64,000 nt of DNA from an uncultured Phycisphaerales bacterium (GTDB taxonomy: Bacteria > Planctomycetota > Phycisphaerae > Phycisphaerales > SM1A02): assembly GCA_938084645.1 (NCBI GenBank), contig CALKEP010000008.1, positions 1 to 64,000 of the forward strand. The letters are read 5' to 3'. This document shows positions 28,001 to 37,092 of this stretch, in pieces. The translations under genes and the position numbers were made by a program. The notes beneath the pieces are model-generated. The model did no database searches. It was not told the origin of the DNA and was given only the letters and a program-made list of their open reading frames with translations. Position 1 is the stretch's first letter. Every line of letters begins with the position of its first letter.

Positions 28001-28330
28001 GGCCGCCCTCGGGTCATCCGGGGATTCGGCGTGGATCGCGTCGAGCATCGCGAGTGCGTCGGCCTCGTCGGTCTCCTCCTGGCGGTTCATGGTCGCGATC
28101 GCGAGATCGATGCGGGCGTCGGTGCGATCGGGATCGCCTTCGACCACGCCAGCGAGAAGTCGGACGGCGTCGTCGTAGTCGTAGCGGGACAGGAGTCCGG
28201 CGGCCCGACGATGGTCCGCATCCGCCGTCCCGGTCGCGACGGCGTCCGATTCCGGAGGATCCTCACAGCCGGTGAAGGACGACACGGCGAGGAGAAGCAC
28301 GGCCGACGCGGGTCGAATCAGGTTGAGCAT
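25034..28330 (-). CDS. Lipoprotein with TPR repeats, FG-GAP repeats and ASPIC/UnbV domain (CRTAC1-like)
   Basis: FTGC lipobox; TPR helices; repeated ADLDDDGSLDL/ADVDGDGRTD/DADHDGDLDI; SNPDGLGA..FGLGG..WPDG; SSCPVLF. Confidence 0.85.
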   Translation of the reverse strand: MLNLIRPASAVLLLAVSSFTGCEDPPESDAVATGTADADHRRAAGLLSRYDYDDAVRLLAGVVEGDPDRTDARIDLAIATMNRQEETDEADALAMLDAIHAESPDDPRAAYLSSVLHLRAGNDEIAAARLGRLLDVDDADPFTWYHYGLAQERRDPAAAVTAYRRATELDPYQRSGWYRLGSVAARLGDDDVADEALATFERLEDNPRARTVRPIYGRLGPKSMARPGGAGVARVPRPKGGSWSPPVPLPVLGATPAWSTTSGARVPSIADLDDDGSLDLFIADALQGDAPNLVLLREEDGYRPVADHPLARVDGVRFAAFADVDGDGRTDAYLGRRGPNRLFLRSETGDWMDATGMSGTDDGDHDTTDARFVDADHDGDLDILLANADGPANLLNNDRDGGFTSIAGTIGLDAATGGVRVLSADLDGTRDLDLLVIRDTPPHLVLLNDRLWNYRADDAAFERIRQADLVLATSGDLDGDGVMDLVTCDRSGDIHRWARDEAGIFDSTVLHSFDAPPANLAMLDPDGDGRFEIVTNSTLGLDDTANWTPILEDPRRGFSAISVPTIGTAIPTLVPPGPGRFDFTAVELAGGDDPTQSIRSNPDGLGAILAARIDDAWTITANLPPDAGPGQSRQPVPFGLGGAPAISYLLVDWPDGLFQGEVPGLGDATTPGPSLAAGSVDRIVETQRQVSSCPVLFTHDGEDFRFVSDVLGVGGVGYLLEPGVYSDPRPFERFPMPANALAPDAEGRLRLVLCEPMEEVCYLDAATLVGWSLPDGWSLAIDERLAILGPPATGAPILYRTTIDPIKATNHRGEDVLASVRLDDFEAAPIPALDHRFIGRLAEHHVVELEFDAPIPTATDDRRPWLLMDGWVEYPYAQTMFAAWQAEAAYEAPTLEARGADGVWRVVQEQFGYPAGMPRTSAFPLDGIPDGCDALRLSTNQEIYWDRLRVVIGEPAPAEAKRVTVPPSGATFSAIGFPKRLDAPQRRPDYDWTDRVPLWDVRHQRGRYTAFGDVLPLLSVADGAVVTIGPGEGVELVFDAPSDAETLHWILDTHGWCKDRDRFTRDGETLEPIPGGDRRDEHAARLLESTRTRIEAGR

Positions 28331-28377
28331 GCCCGGAGTCTACGAGTCCGGGGCGGGGCGTGGCGGTCTTGAACCGC

Positions 28378-30186
28378 TCAGTCGAGGAACTTGATCCCCA
28401 GTGGCGCGACCCGGACCGTCGGTTCGCCGATCCGCCCCCGGATGACGTACTTCACGAGACGATCGGTCAGGCTTCCCAGGATGGAGCCGACGGTTCCCGC
28501 CGAGTCCTGCAATGCCTCGAGCGGGCCCGCATTCGCATCGAGGTGAAGGGACTTGTCGAAGCCGATCCAGCCCTTCGCCCGCACCCCGATGGCGCCGGCG
28601 AGCATGTTCAACTGCTGGAAGTCCACCCGTTCGTCGTCGACGGTGAATTCGATGTTGGCCCGATCCTTCTGATTCGGATTCAGCGTCACCACCCGCATCA
28701 ACTTCGCCAGCGCCTGCCACGCGTTCACGCCGGAGAGGCGTCCCTTGGTGATGCCGATGGAGCCGCCGCCCTCGAGGCTCGCGAGCGGGCTCGCGAGGTT
28801 GAGATCGCTTGCGATCGCGGCATCGACCGTGCCGGCCCACCGATGGGGTTCCTCGGTGTCGATCCGGTGCAGGGCCTGGATCTGCATGTCGTCGATCTGG
28901 AACTGGGTGAAGAGATGGAAGTCACGGGCGAACTCCTCGACCTTCTTGAGCGAGGCGCTCGGGATGAGATCGACGTTGATCGCCCGTTCGATTCCGCCGA
29001 GCGTCTTCGGCGAGGCCTTGGTCGGATCGTCCCCGGTCGCGGCGGACTCCTGATCGGACGACCCGCTCGGGGCGGACGGGGAGGCGGTCGCGGTGCGGGT
29101 GGAGTCGGCCGCCGGCGTGGTCGAAGCCGGCTTCGGCTTCCCACGGGTCTCCTCGTCCGAGAGGCGGATGGTTCCGTTCAGGGTGCCGTCCAGGGCCTTC
29201 ACCACGATGGGCTCCAGCAGGAGCGTGTCGTTCTCGGTCCGACCCGTCGCGGAGGCCTCGTCGATCTCGATCAGGAACTTGTCGATCGCGAAGCGGGTCT
29301 TGCCGAGCTCCATGCTCATCCGGGTCTTGCTCGACATGAAGTCGTTGATGTTGAACTCGCCCTTCAGGGTCGCATCGACCGACCCCTCGACCTGGCGGTT
29401 CTTGATGAAGGACTGGATCTGGGGCGGAAGCACGGACGTCTTGCTCTCGTCGAGCTCGAGATCGAGCTTGACCAGCGTGAGTTCGACGTCGAGGGTGTCG
29501 ATGTCGAGTCCGCCCTTGATCGTCAGATCGAGGAGCTTGCCCTGCTTGAGGTCGGTGTCGATCTCGTACCAGCCGGGGCTTCGCCCGAGGTCGATCTTCT
29601 CGGCGCCGTCTCGTCCCTTGTTGTCGATCTCGAAGACGAGATCCTTCATGATCATCGGGGTCGGGTTCCCGATGATCCGATACTCGATGTCGAGGCCCTG
29701 AACGCCGATCCGATCGATGGCGAAGAGGTCGCTGATCGGTCGGTCGTCCGAGTCCGAATCGTCGTCATCCGTGCCGGAGTCCTTGAGCAGGTTCTCCCAT
29801 CCCGTCACATCGCCTTCCTCGTCGACCTCGAACGTCGCGGCCGCGTTCCCGACCATGAGTTCCTGAAAGACCAGGGGGCCGTCGAAGATCGGCAGCCGGT
29901 GGAGGACGATCGAGAGTTCCTTCACGGAGAGGAGTTCGAAGTCCTTCCCGGCCCGGTCCTTCGCGACCAGTTTCGCGTCCCTGGTCGAGACGGCCAGCGG
30001 AAAGGTGTAGCGGATCGGGCCGAGTTCGAGTCGCGGTTCGAGGTACTCGTCGGCGAGGGCGAGGAGCTGGTTTCGGATCACGGGCTCGGCGAGTCTCGAG
30101 AACAGCTGGAGCCACAACGGCGTGGTGATGCCGAGCAGCAGGATGAAGAGGCCGGTGACCAGGAGGAATCTTCGAAAACCGTGCAT
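28378..30186 (-). CDS. AsmA-like membrane-anchored protein
   Basis: N-terminal TM anchor, long beta-rich repeats, AsmA_2-like end (AKGWIGFD..LHLD..YVIRGRIGEPTV). Confidence 0.7.
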   Translation of the reverse strand: MHGFRRFLLVTGLFILLLGITTPLWLQLFSRLAEPVIRNQLLALADEYLEPRLELGPIRYTFPLAVSTRDAKLVAKDRAGKDFELLSVKELSIVLHRLPIFDGPLVFQELMVGNAAATFEVDEEGDVTGWENLLKDSGTDDDDSDSDDRPISDLFAIDRIGVQGLDIEYRIIGNPTPMIMKDLVFEIDNKGRDGAEKIDLGRSPGWYEIDTDLKQGKLLDLTIKGGLDIDTLDVELTLVKLDLELDESKTSVLPPQIQSFIKNRQVEGSVDATLKGEFNINDFMSSKTRMSMELGKTRFAIDKFLIEIDEASATGRTENDTLLLEPIVVKALDGTLNGTIRLSDEETRGKPKPASTTPAADSTRTATASPSAPSGSSDQESAATGDDPTKASPKTLGGIERAINVDLIPSASLKKVEEFARDFHLFTQFQIDDMQIQALHRIDTEEPHRWAGTVDAAIASDLNLASPLASLEGGGSIGITKGRLSGVNAWQALAKLMRVVTLNPNQKDRANIEFTVDDERVDFQQLNMLAGAIGVRAKGWIGFDKSLHLDANAGPLEALQDSAGTVGSILGSLTDRLVKYVIRGRIGEPTVRVAPLGIKFLD

Positions 30187-30266
30187 GACGCTCCGTCGAT
30201 GGCGAGCCGCTTCAAAGCGGATACGCACGCACGGCGGAACCCTTGGTTTCCGCCGTGCGAGAAGAA

Positions 30267-30341
30267 TGCCGATGGGAGGACTCGAACCTCCGACCTAGGG
30301 TTTATGAATCCCTCGCTCTAACCGGACTGAGCTACATCGGC
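30267..30341 (-). tRNA. tRNA with CAT anticodon, probably elongator tRNA-Met
   Basis: GCCGATG/CATCGGC acceptor (G1:C72 paired, so not initiator), loop TTCATAA, GGTTCGAGTCC; Ile2 not fully excluded. Confidence 0.88.
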
Positions 30342-30423
30342 AGTGGTTTCCGGATCGACGATGGTAGCCGCGCGAACTCCCACGTCAAGGCTTCAGGCCC
30401 CCCCGAAGGAGCTCCAGGGCGGC

Positions 30424-32334
30424 TCAGGCCGGTGTCGTGCAGCCGTTTCGCTGTCGAACCCACCGACGCCCGGTCTGGGTGCTCGCGAACGCGGGGTCCG
30501 TTCGAGCGATCGCGGCCGCGATGAGGCCCATGAAGAGCGGTTGCGGCTCCAGCGGGCGGCCCGTCAGTTCGGGGTGATACTGGGCGCCGATGAAGTACGG
30601 GTGGGTCTCGATGGGGAGTTCGAGGACCTGCATGATGGGGAACTCGGGATGCCGACCCGTGAATCGAAGGCCGCCCGCATCGAGGCGTTCGATGTACTCC
30701 GGCTCGACTTCGAATCGATGACGGAATCGTTCCCGGACCAGGGTCAGGCCGCCGTGCAGGAAACTCGCCAGTGATCCGGGTTCGAGCACGACGTCCTGCG
30801 CGCCCAGCCGCATCGTCCCGCCCATGATCCCCTCGAGCTTCTTCTGATCGGGAAGTTCCGAGATCATCGGGTGACTGCAGCCGGGGTTGAATTCCGTCGA
30901 GTCGGCGTCGGCGAGGCCCATCGCGTTGCGGGCGTACTCGAGGACCGCGACCTGGAAACCCAGACAGATCCCGAGGAAGGGGATGCCGTGGGTCCGGGCG
31001 TGCTCGACGCAGCGGATCTTGCCTTCGACGCCGCGGATCCCGAAACCTCCGGGGACGATGATCGCGTCCATTCCTTCGAGGATGGAACTCGCGTCTCCGG
31101 CGTTCTCGATGTCGGTGGTGTCGATCCACTCGGTCCGGATGTCGCACTCGAGATGGATGCCCGCGTGCTCGATCGCCTTGTCGATCGATGCATACGCGTC
31201 CCGGAGCGCCGCGTACTTGCCGGGGATGCCGAGCGTGACCGAGCGTGATCGCGGCGCGACGAGCTTGTGCGAGAACTCCGTCCATCGGACCCGCGACTCG
31301 TCCTCGTGGACCGGATCGACGCGATCGTGCAGCTTCAGGAGCGAGAGGATCTCGCGGTCGAGGCTGGCCTTTCGCATCTCCTCGGGGATCGAATAGACCG
31401 AGGCCCGGTCGTGCATGGAGAAGATCCGGCTCATCGGGACGTTCGAGAACATCCCGATCTTCTCCATCACCGTCTCGGTCACCGGCTTCTTCGCCCGACA
31501 GGCGACGAGGTTCGGCTGGATTCCGGCCTCCATGAGTCGCTTGATGCCGAGCTGGGCCGCCTTCGACTTCTGCTCGCCGAGGATCTGGGGTTCGATGATG
31601 TAGGTGAGGGCGACGAAGCAGGCGGACTCCGGCCCCTCCTCGAAGGCGAGTTCGCGGAGGGCCTCGATGTAGAAGCCGTTCTCGTAGTCACCCGCGGTGC
31701 CACCGACCTCGACGAACACCACGTCCGCGGGACCGCCGTCGTGGCCGCCCCGCATCGCGAGCTCCCGAAGCTTGTACTTCACGGCCCCCGTCACGTGCGG
31801 AATCATCTGCACGTCGCGGCCGAGGTAACCGCCTCGCCGTTCCCGATCGAGGACCTCGGTGTAGATCTGGCCGGCGGTGACGTAGTTCCGACGGGTCAGG
31901 TTCTGGTGGAGCATCCGCTCGTAGGTGCCGAGGTCCATGTCGGTCTCGAGCCCGTCGTCGAGAACGAAGACCTCGCCGTGGCGGTAGGGATTGAGGGTCC
32001 CGCTGTCGATGTTGAGGTACCCCTCCATCTTGATCGGTGCGACGGACAGGCCCTTGTCCTGCAGGAGCTTCGCCAGCGAACTGGAGAAGATCCCCTTGCC
32101 GAGGCCGCTCATCACGGTTCCGATCACCGCGACGTACTTGGTCCGTCCTCGGACGTAGCCGGCGGGTTCCGGGCTGTACCACTCCGTGGATCTCCCGGAT
32201 TGTCCGAAGCTCGCGAGGAAGTCGGACTCCGTGGGATCCACGTCCGTCGGATGATTCCCGTCGGAATCTCCATCGGACGAGCCACCGCCCGGTGTCGGGG
32301 CGGCGTGGTCGAAGTGGCGCGGAGTTTGGGGCAT
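30424..32334 (-). CDS. pyrG: CTP synthase
   Basis: SGLGKG, NPYRHGEVFVLDDGLETDMDLGTYER, GICLG, ERFRHR and QYHPE. Confidence 0.96.
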   Translation of the reverse strand: MPQTPRHFDHAAPTPGGGSSDGDSDGNHPTDVDPTESDFLASFGQSGRSTEWYSPEPAGYVRGRTKYVAVIGTVMSGLGKGIFSSSLAKLLQDKGLSVAPIKMEGYLNIDSGTLNPYRHGEVFVLDDGLETDMDLGTYERMLHQNLTRRNYVTAGQIYTEVLDRERRGGYLGRDVQMIPHVTGAVKYKLRELAMRGGHDGGPADVVFVEVGGTAGDYENGFYIEALRELAFEEGPESACFVALTYIIEPQILGEQKSKAAQLGIKRLMEAGIQPNLVACRAKKPVTETVMEKIGMFSNVPMSRIFSMHDRASVYSIPEEMRKASLDREILSLLKLHDRVDPVHEDESRVRWTEFSHKLVAPRSRSVTLGIPGKYAALRDAYASIDKAIEHAGIHLECDIRTEWIDTTDIENAGDASSILEGMDAIIVPGGFGIRGVEGKIRCVEHARTHGIPFLGICLGFQVAVLEYARNAMGLADADSTEFNPGCSHPMISELPDQKKLEGIMGGTMRLGAQDVVLEPGSLASFLHGGLTLVRERFRHRFEVEPEYIERLDAGGLRFTGRHPEFPIMQVLELPIETHPYFIGAQYHPELTGRPLEPQPLFMGLIAAAIARTDPAFASTQTGRRWVRQRNGCTTPA

Positions 32335-32408
32335 AGGCGACTTTACCGCGCCCGGGGGGGCGCGCTCAACCCGGGTGGTCGGGATCGACGCATGTGGACG
32401 AAGCGTCG

Positions 32409-33182
32409 TCAGGCGTCCCGACGGGCACGCCAGCGGGCCACGAAGGCCTCGTATTGGGCCGGGGTGTCGATCCCCCCGGCATCGGTGGCATGGATGCCCA
32501 CGGCGATCCGACCACCGTGCTCCAGAACCCGGAGCTGTTCCAGTCGCTCGGATCGTTCAAGCTTGGATTCGGGCCAGGCGGCGAAGGTCGCGAGGAACGA
32601 CCGTCGATAGGCGTAGAGGCCGACATGCCGGAGCGGTTCGATCCCGTCACCGTCCCGATCGAAGGGGATCGGGCTGCGACTGAAGTACATCGCCCGGCCG
32701 TCGATCGCGGTCACCACCTTCACCAGGTTCGGGTTCGCAGGATCCTCGTCGGGCCCGAAGGGCGAGGCGATGGTGGCCATGTCCGCCCCCGGGTCGCGGC
32801 CGATCGCCTCGATCACCGCATCGATCGCATCGGGGTCGATCTCCGGCTCGTCGCCCTGGACGTTCACCAGCACCGCGTCCGGATCGAGTTCCCCGGCGAG
32901 TCGGTCGGCGACCTCGGCGAGACGGCTCGTGCCGTTGGGGTGGTCGAAGGAGGTGGGGATCGCCTCGACGCCGGCGGCACGAACCGCGTCGAGGATCTCG
33001 GGATCCGGGGCGGTGACGATCACGCGGCCGACGTGCCGGGCGGCGATCGCCCGATCGACCACGTGGAGCACCATCGGGCGTCCGGTGGCGTTCGCCATCG
33101 CCTTGCCGGGGAATCGCGTCGAATCCAGCCGCGTCGGGATGACGACGGTGGCGGGGGCCGCTTCCGGAAGCGGGGCGGTCAG
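32409..33182 (-). CDS. kdsB: 3-deoxy-manno-octulosonate cytidylyltransferase
   Basis: IPTRLDSTRFPGK, NGTSR, VNVQGDEP, YFSRSPIP and ERLEQLR; start probably CTG at 33182. Confidence 0.93.
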   Translation of the reverse strand: MTAPLPEAAPATVVIPTRLDSTRFPGKAMANATGRPMVLHVVDRAIAARHVGRVIVTAPDPEILDAVRAAGVEAIPTSFDHPNGTSRLAEVADRLAGELDPDAVLVNVQGDEPEIDPDAIDAVIEAIGRDPGADMATIASPFGPDEDPANPNLVKVVTAIDGRAMYFSRSPIPFDRDGDGIEPLRHVGLYAYRRSFLATFAAWPESKLERSERLEQLRVLEHGGRIAVGIHATDAGGIDTPAQYEAFVARWRARRDA

Positions 33183-34639
33183 GCGCCCAGTTCCTTGATG
33201 AGGGCGTCGACGTCCTTGCGCTTCTGGCGGATGTCGCGGTAGCTGATGTCCTTGCGGACGATCGCCGAACAGATCTCCGCCGCCTCCCGGGCCTCCTCGA
33301 TCGAGTTCGAGGCGCGGGCGAGGTCGATCAGCGAGAGCATCAGGTCGTACCGGATCATCAGTTCGCGATCGCGTTCGGTCGCGTCGAGCTTCTCGATCGC
33401 CTCGCGGAACTCGCCGACCGCCTCCTGGTGCCAGCCTTCCTGGGCGAAGCACTTGCCGAGCATGTGGGTGGCGCGGGTCCGGTACTTGGCCTCGTCCTTG
33501 CACTGCTGGAACATGGCCATCGCGTCCTCGAAGTTGCCCCGGTCGAACTCGATCGCACCGAGTTCGAACTTGATGCCTCGATCGGTCGGGTACTTCGCGA
33601 CGCGTTCGTTGTACTCCGCGGATCGGAGTTCGAGGAGTTCGGACCGGAGCGCGTCCGCTTCCTCGGCGTTCGAGCCGGATTCATCGATCGCCCGGATCCG
33701 CTTCGTGAGCCGGTTCATCCGGATGTCGCCGGCCGCCATGCGGAACCGGTACTGCTGCGAGGCCTCGAACCCCTTCATCAGGACGTCGATCGCGATTTCG
33801 TCGTCCTCGGGGGTGTCGTTCCGACGAAGGAGCTGGGCGTACTTGGTGATCGCCTCGGCGTTGCCGGGATTCTCCTCGAACGCGGCCTTCGCCCGCTCGA
33901 TCGCCCGCTCGGCGCCGGCACCGCCGGAGAGTGATTCCTGATCCTGCAGCTCGGCCTGCTTGTCGGCATCCCGGATGTTGCTGCGGAAATCGCCTTGCTC
34001 GTCGGCGGGCTTGTTGAAGCCGCCCTCCGAGATGGTCCGTTGCGCGGACAGTTCGTTCAGCTCCGAGATCAGGTCGGAGTCGGAGGGATCGATCGCGATC
34101 GCCTTCTCGGCCGAAGCGAAGGCTTCCTTCCAGGCATCGACTTCGGAGAAGAGGTCCTTGCCCTGGGTGTAGAGCTGCTTGGTCTGCTTCTTGGCCTTCG
34201 ACATCATCGCGAAGACCCGGGGCGCGAGCCACTGTCCGAACTCCAGCTGCTCCGCCTTGCCGACCGCCGCGAGCAGCTTCATCGCGAGCTGCAGGTTGTT
34301 GATGTCCTTCGCCCACGCGAATTCGGCGGCCGCCATCCTGTCGGCGGGGCTCGAACCGTCGATCGCCCGGATCTCCTTGCCGGTCGCGGCCTTTCCGGAG
34401 GACTGGAGGTACCGGACCGCCGTCTCGTAGAGCGCGACGTGCGACGCCATGTTCCCCGGATCGAATCGAAGGCCACGAGCGTACATGTCGATCGCGTAGG
34501 AGAAGTTCCCCGTCTGGGCGACGGTCCGCGCATGCTCGAAGAACTTGGCGGCCTTCTCGGGCTGGGGCCGCCAGCCTTCGTCGATCAGGCTTTCGCCGGC
34601 ATCTTCTCCGGTCTTCTTCTTCTTTCCGAACAGCGCCAC
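33179..34639 (-). CDS. Tetratricopeptide repeat protein
   Basis: All-helical TPR-like repeats, C-terminal DISYRDI; AAGGAG RBS before GTG 34639. Confidence 0.75.
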   Translation of the reverse strand: MALFGKKKKTGEDAGESLIDEGWRPQPEKAAKFFEHARTVAQTGNFSYAIDMYARGLRFDPGNMASHVALYETAVRYLQSSGKAATGKEIRAIDGSSPADRMAAAEFAWAKDINNLQLAMKLLAAVGKAEQLEFGQWLAPRVFAMMSKAKKQTKQLYTQGKDLFSEVDAWKEAFASAEKAIAIDPSDSDLISELNELSAQRTISEGGFNKPADEQGDFRSNIRDADKQAELQDQESLSGGAGAERAIERAKAAFEENPGNAEAITKYAQLLRRNDTPEDDEIAIDVLMKGFEASQQYRFRMAAGDIRMNRLTKRIRAIDESGSNAEEADALRSELLELRSAEYNERVAKYPTDRGIKFELGAIEFDRGNFEDAMAMFQQCKDEAKYRTRATHMLGKCFAQEGWHQEAVGEFREAIEKLDATERDRELMIRYDLMLSLIDLARASNSIEEAREAAEICSAIVRKDISYRDIRQKRKDVDALIKELGA

Positions 34640-34851
34640 GGGAGGCTCCTTCGAGGACGAGCTGTCTGCCGCGCCGGGAAAGCCCGGTGCGGACGTATCG
34701 CGTGAATGGGCCAAGGTACCCGCCCCGGGCCGAGCGGGTCAATGGAGGAGGGGTGTCGAGGCCATTCCCGAGGCCCGCCTCCGGGTCCCTTCGTCCGAAA
34801 CGTCGCTCCTGATTCGACCAGTTCCGGGAACGGTTCACTACCATCCGAGAT

Positions 34852-35397
34852 GTGGCCGACCACTCCGCCGAATTCGAACCGCTGCCGACCCGGATCGTCC
34901 GGTATCCGGACCCGGTGCTCGCCAGGCCGGCATCGCCGGTCACCGCCTTCGACGACGAACTTCACGCCTTCCTCGAACGGATGATCGAGTTGATGCGGGA
35001 GTCCGAGGGGGTCGGTCTCGCAGCGCCGCAGGTCGGCGTTTCGCGACGCATCTTCGTCGCCGAGCCCGAGCCGGGGCCGGAGTCGGTTCCGGTCGTCTTC
35101 ATCAACCCGGAGTTGGAACTCGGTGGTGGGCTCGAGCCTTTCGAGGAGGGTTGCCTGAGCATTCCCGAAGTCCGGGTGATGGTTCGCCGGCCGAGCGTCG
35201 TGAGGATCCGCGCCCTCGATCTCGACGGGGCGCCGTTCGAACTCGAGGACGATGCGTTTCCCGCCCGGGTCTGGCAGCACGAATTCGATCATCTGGAGGG
35301 CGTGCTGATCACGGATCGAATGTCGCCGCGCGATCGACTGACGCATCGAAAGCGGTTGAAGGCGATGCGCGAGGACTTCGAGGATGCCGGCCGATGA
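34852..35397 (+). CDS. def: Peptide deformylase
   Basis: GVGLAAPQVG, EGCLS and QHEFDHL. Confidence 0.96.
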   Translation: MADHSAEFEPLPTRIVRYPDPVLARPASPVTAFDDELHAFLERMIELMRESEGVGLAAPQVGVSRRIFVAEPEPGPESVPVVFINPELELGGGLEPFEEGCLSIPEVRVMVRRPSVVRIRALDLDGAPFELEDDAFPARVWQHEFDHLEGVLITDRMSPRDRLTHRKRLKAMREDFEDAGR

Positions 35398-36380
35398 CCG
35401 ACGACGCCCGACGACGCGTCGCATTCCTCGGATCCGGGGCGTTCGGCGTGCCGACGCTGGAGGCGCTGGGGCGTGGATTCGAGGTTCCGCTCGTCATCTC
35501 GCAACCGGACCGACCCGCCGGTCGCGGCCGCCTCGAGACGCCGACACCCGTCTCCGCCCGGATCCTCGAGGACGTGGATGGCGGCGCATTCGCGGGAACG
35601 GAACTGGTTCGAACCGAGAACGCCAACGGCGCTGCGGTGGTCGAACGACTCGCCGATCATCGCGTCGACGCGATGGTCGTGATCGCGTTCGGCCAGAAGC
35701 TGGGAGCGGCGCTGCTCGACGGTCGCTTCGCGATCAACCTGCATGCCTCGCTCCTGCCCCGCTGGCGTGGAGCGGCGCCGATCAACCGATCCATGATGGC
35801 GGGCGACGCGGAGACCGGCGTCAGCGTCATCTCGCTCGCGAGCCGGATGGATGCGGGTGAGGTCCACGCCACGCGCTCCACCGCGATCGACCCGCGGGAG
35901 ACCGCGGGGGAGCTCCACGATCGACTCGCGGTGCTCGGCGTCGATGCGGTGATGGAGGTGCTCGATCGCTTCGCGGCCGGAGTGGTCGAATCCATCGTGC
36001 AGGACGAGGCGGCGGTGACCGCGGCGGCGAAACTGTCGAAGGCGGAGGCGACCGTCGACTTCGATCGATCGGCGGACCGGGTCCGGGGTCGGATCCACGG
36101 ACTCGTCCCCTGGCCGGGATGCCAGGTCGAGGCGGTCGAGCCGAACGGAACCACGCACCGGCTTCGGATCCATCGGGTCGAGGCGCTCGCGGACACGGTC
36201 GACGGGGGCGCGGGAACCCTGTTCGAGGACGGCACGGTCGCCTGCCGAACTGGAGGGGTCCGGCTGCTCGAGGTCCAGATCCCCGGTGGGCGGGCGATGG
36301 ATTGGGCCGATCTCCGTCGTGGCCGACCGTTTCCGGAGGGGACCCGGCTCCAAGCCCTCGGAGGCGACGGCGATCGATGA
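35394..36380 (+). CDS. fmt: Methionyl-tRNA formyltransferase
   Basis: SQPDRPAGRG, INLHASLLPRWRGAAPI and MDAG; ATGA overlap with def. Confidence 0.94.
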   Translation: MTDDARRRVAFLGSGAFGVPTLEALGRGFEVPLVISQPDRPAGRGRLETPTPVSARILEDVDGGAFAGTELVRTENANGAAVVERLADHRVDAMVVIAFGQKLGAALLDGRFAINLHASLLPRWRGAAPINRSMMAGDAETGVSVISLASRMDAGEVHATRSTAIDPRETAGELHDRLAVLGVDAVMEVLDRFAAGVVESIVQDEAAVTAAAKLSKAEATVDFDRSADRVRGRIHGLVPWPGCQVEAVEPNGTTHRLRIHRVEALADTVDGGAGTLFEDGTVACRTGGVRLLEVQIPGGRAMDWADLRRGRPFPEGTRLQALGGDGDR

Positions 36381-37081
36381 GCGAGCACGGCTCCATCCGT
36401 CGCGGTCTTGGTGATTTCGCGGCCACCCTCTGGGACCTGCTCCACGTCGGTCGAAACGACGACTCGAAGTCGTCCATCGCCGCTCGACGGTCACGGGCGG
36501 TCGTCATCGATGCGACGCCGTCTCGGCCCGTCCGATCCCGTGGCCGGCAGCAGACGAGATACGAGGACCTGGTCGGCTCGATGAAACGGCGATACGGACT
36601 TCGGGTGGTCCGCTGGCGGTCGAGCACCTCTGGTTGTGCCTGGACGGTCGCGTACCGTGATGGGAGCGTGGCGCGGTTGATCGAGTCACCGAGGCCGCGG
36701 GGGCCGATGAGTTGCGCCGTGTTTCTCCACGAAGTGGGCCACCACGCGATCGGCCTCGGGACCTACCGCCCACGCTGTCTCGAGGAATATCACGCCTGGC
36801 GCTGGTCCTTCGAGACGATGCTCGAGCTCGGCTTCAACGTCACCGAGGCGGTACGAAGGCGACGCGATGAATCCCTGCACTACGCGATCGCCAAGGCGAG
36901 GCGTCGCGGGCTCAAGCGACTCCCGGGTGAACTGACCCCTTTCCTCGAGCCGAGATCCCGCGACACCGAACCGTTGCCCGCCCTTCTCGAGCAGGTTCGT
37001 GGTCCGGCTCTGCGCGACGATCCGGGTACGGGGCTCGATGCATCGCCGGCGACCGGTGGAATGTCGCCGCTCGCCGGGTAG
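36377..37081 (+). CDS. Hypothetical basic protein with HEXXH zinc-metalloprotease motif
   Basis: FLHEVGHH followed by EEYHAW; ATGA overlap with fmt; start uncertain. Confidence 0.65.
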   Translation: MSEHGSIRRGLGDFAATLWDLLHVGRNDDSKSSIAARRSRAVVIDATPSRPVRSRGRQQTRYEDLVGSMKRRYGLRVVRWRSSTSGCAWTVAYRDGSVARLIESPRPRGPMSCAVFLHEVGHHAIGLGTYRPRCLEEYHAWRWSFETMLELGFNVTEAVRRRRDESLHYAIAKARRRGLKRLPGELTPFLEPRSRDTEPLPALLEQVRGPALRDDPGTGLDASPATGGMSPLAG

Positions 37082-37092
37082 CATCCGTTCCG

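Noticed and set aside
25085..28372. 1095-aa plus-strand ORF
   Set aside because: Antisense shadow of the TPR/FG-GAP/ASPIC gene; no motifs; expected in high-GC DNA
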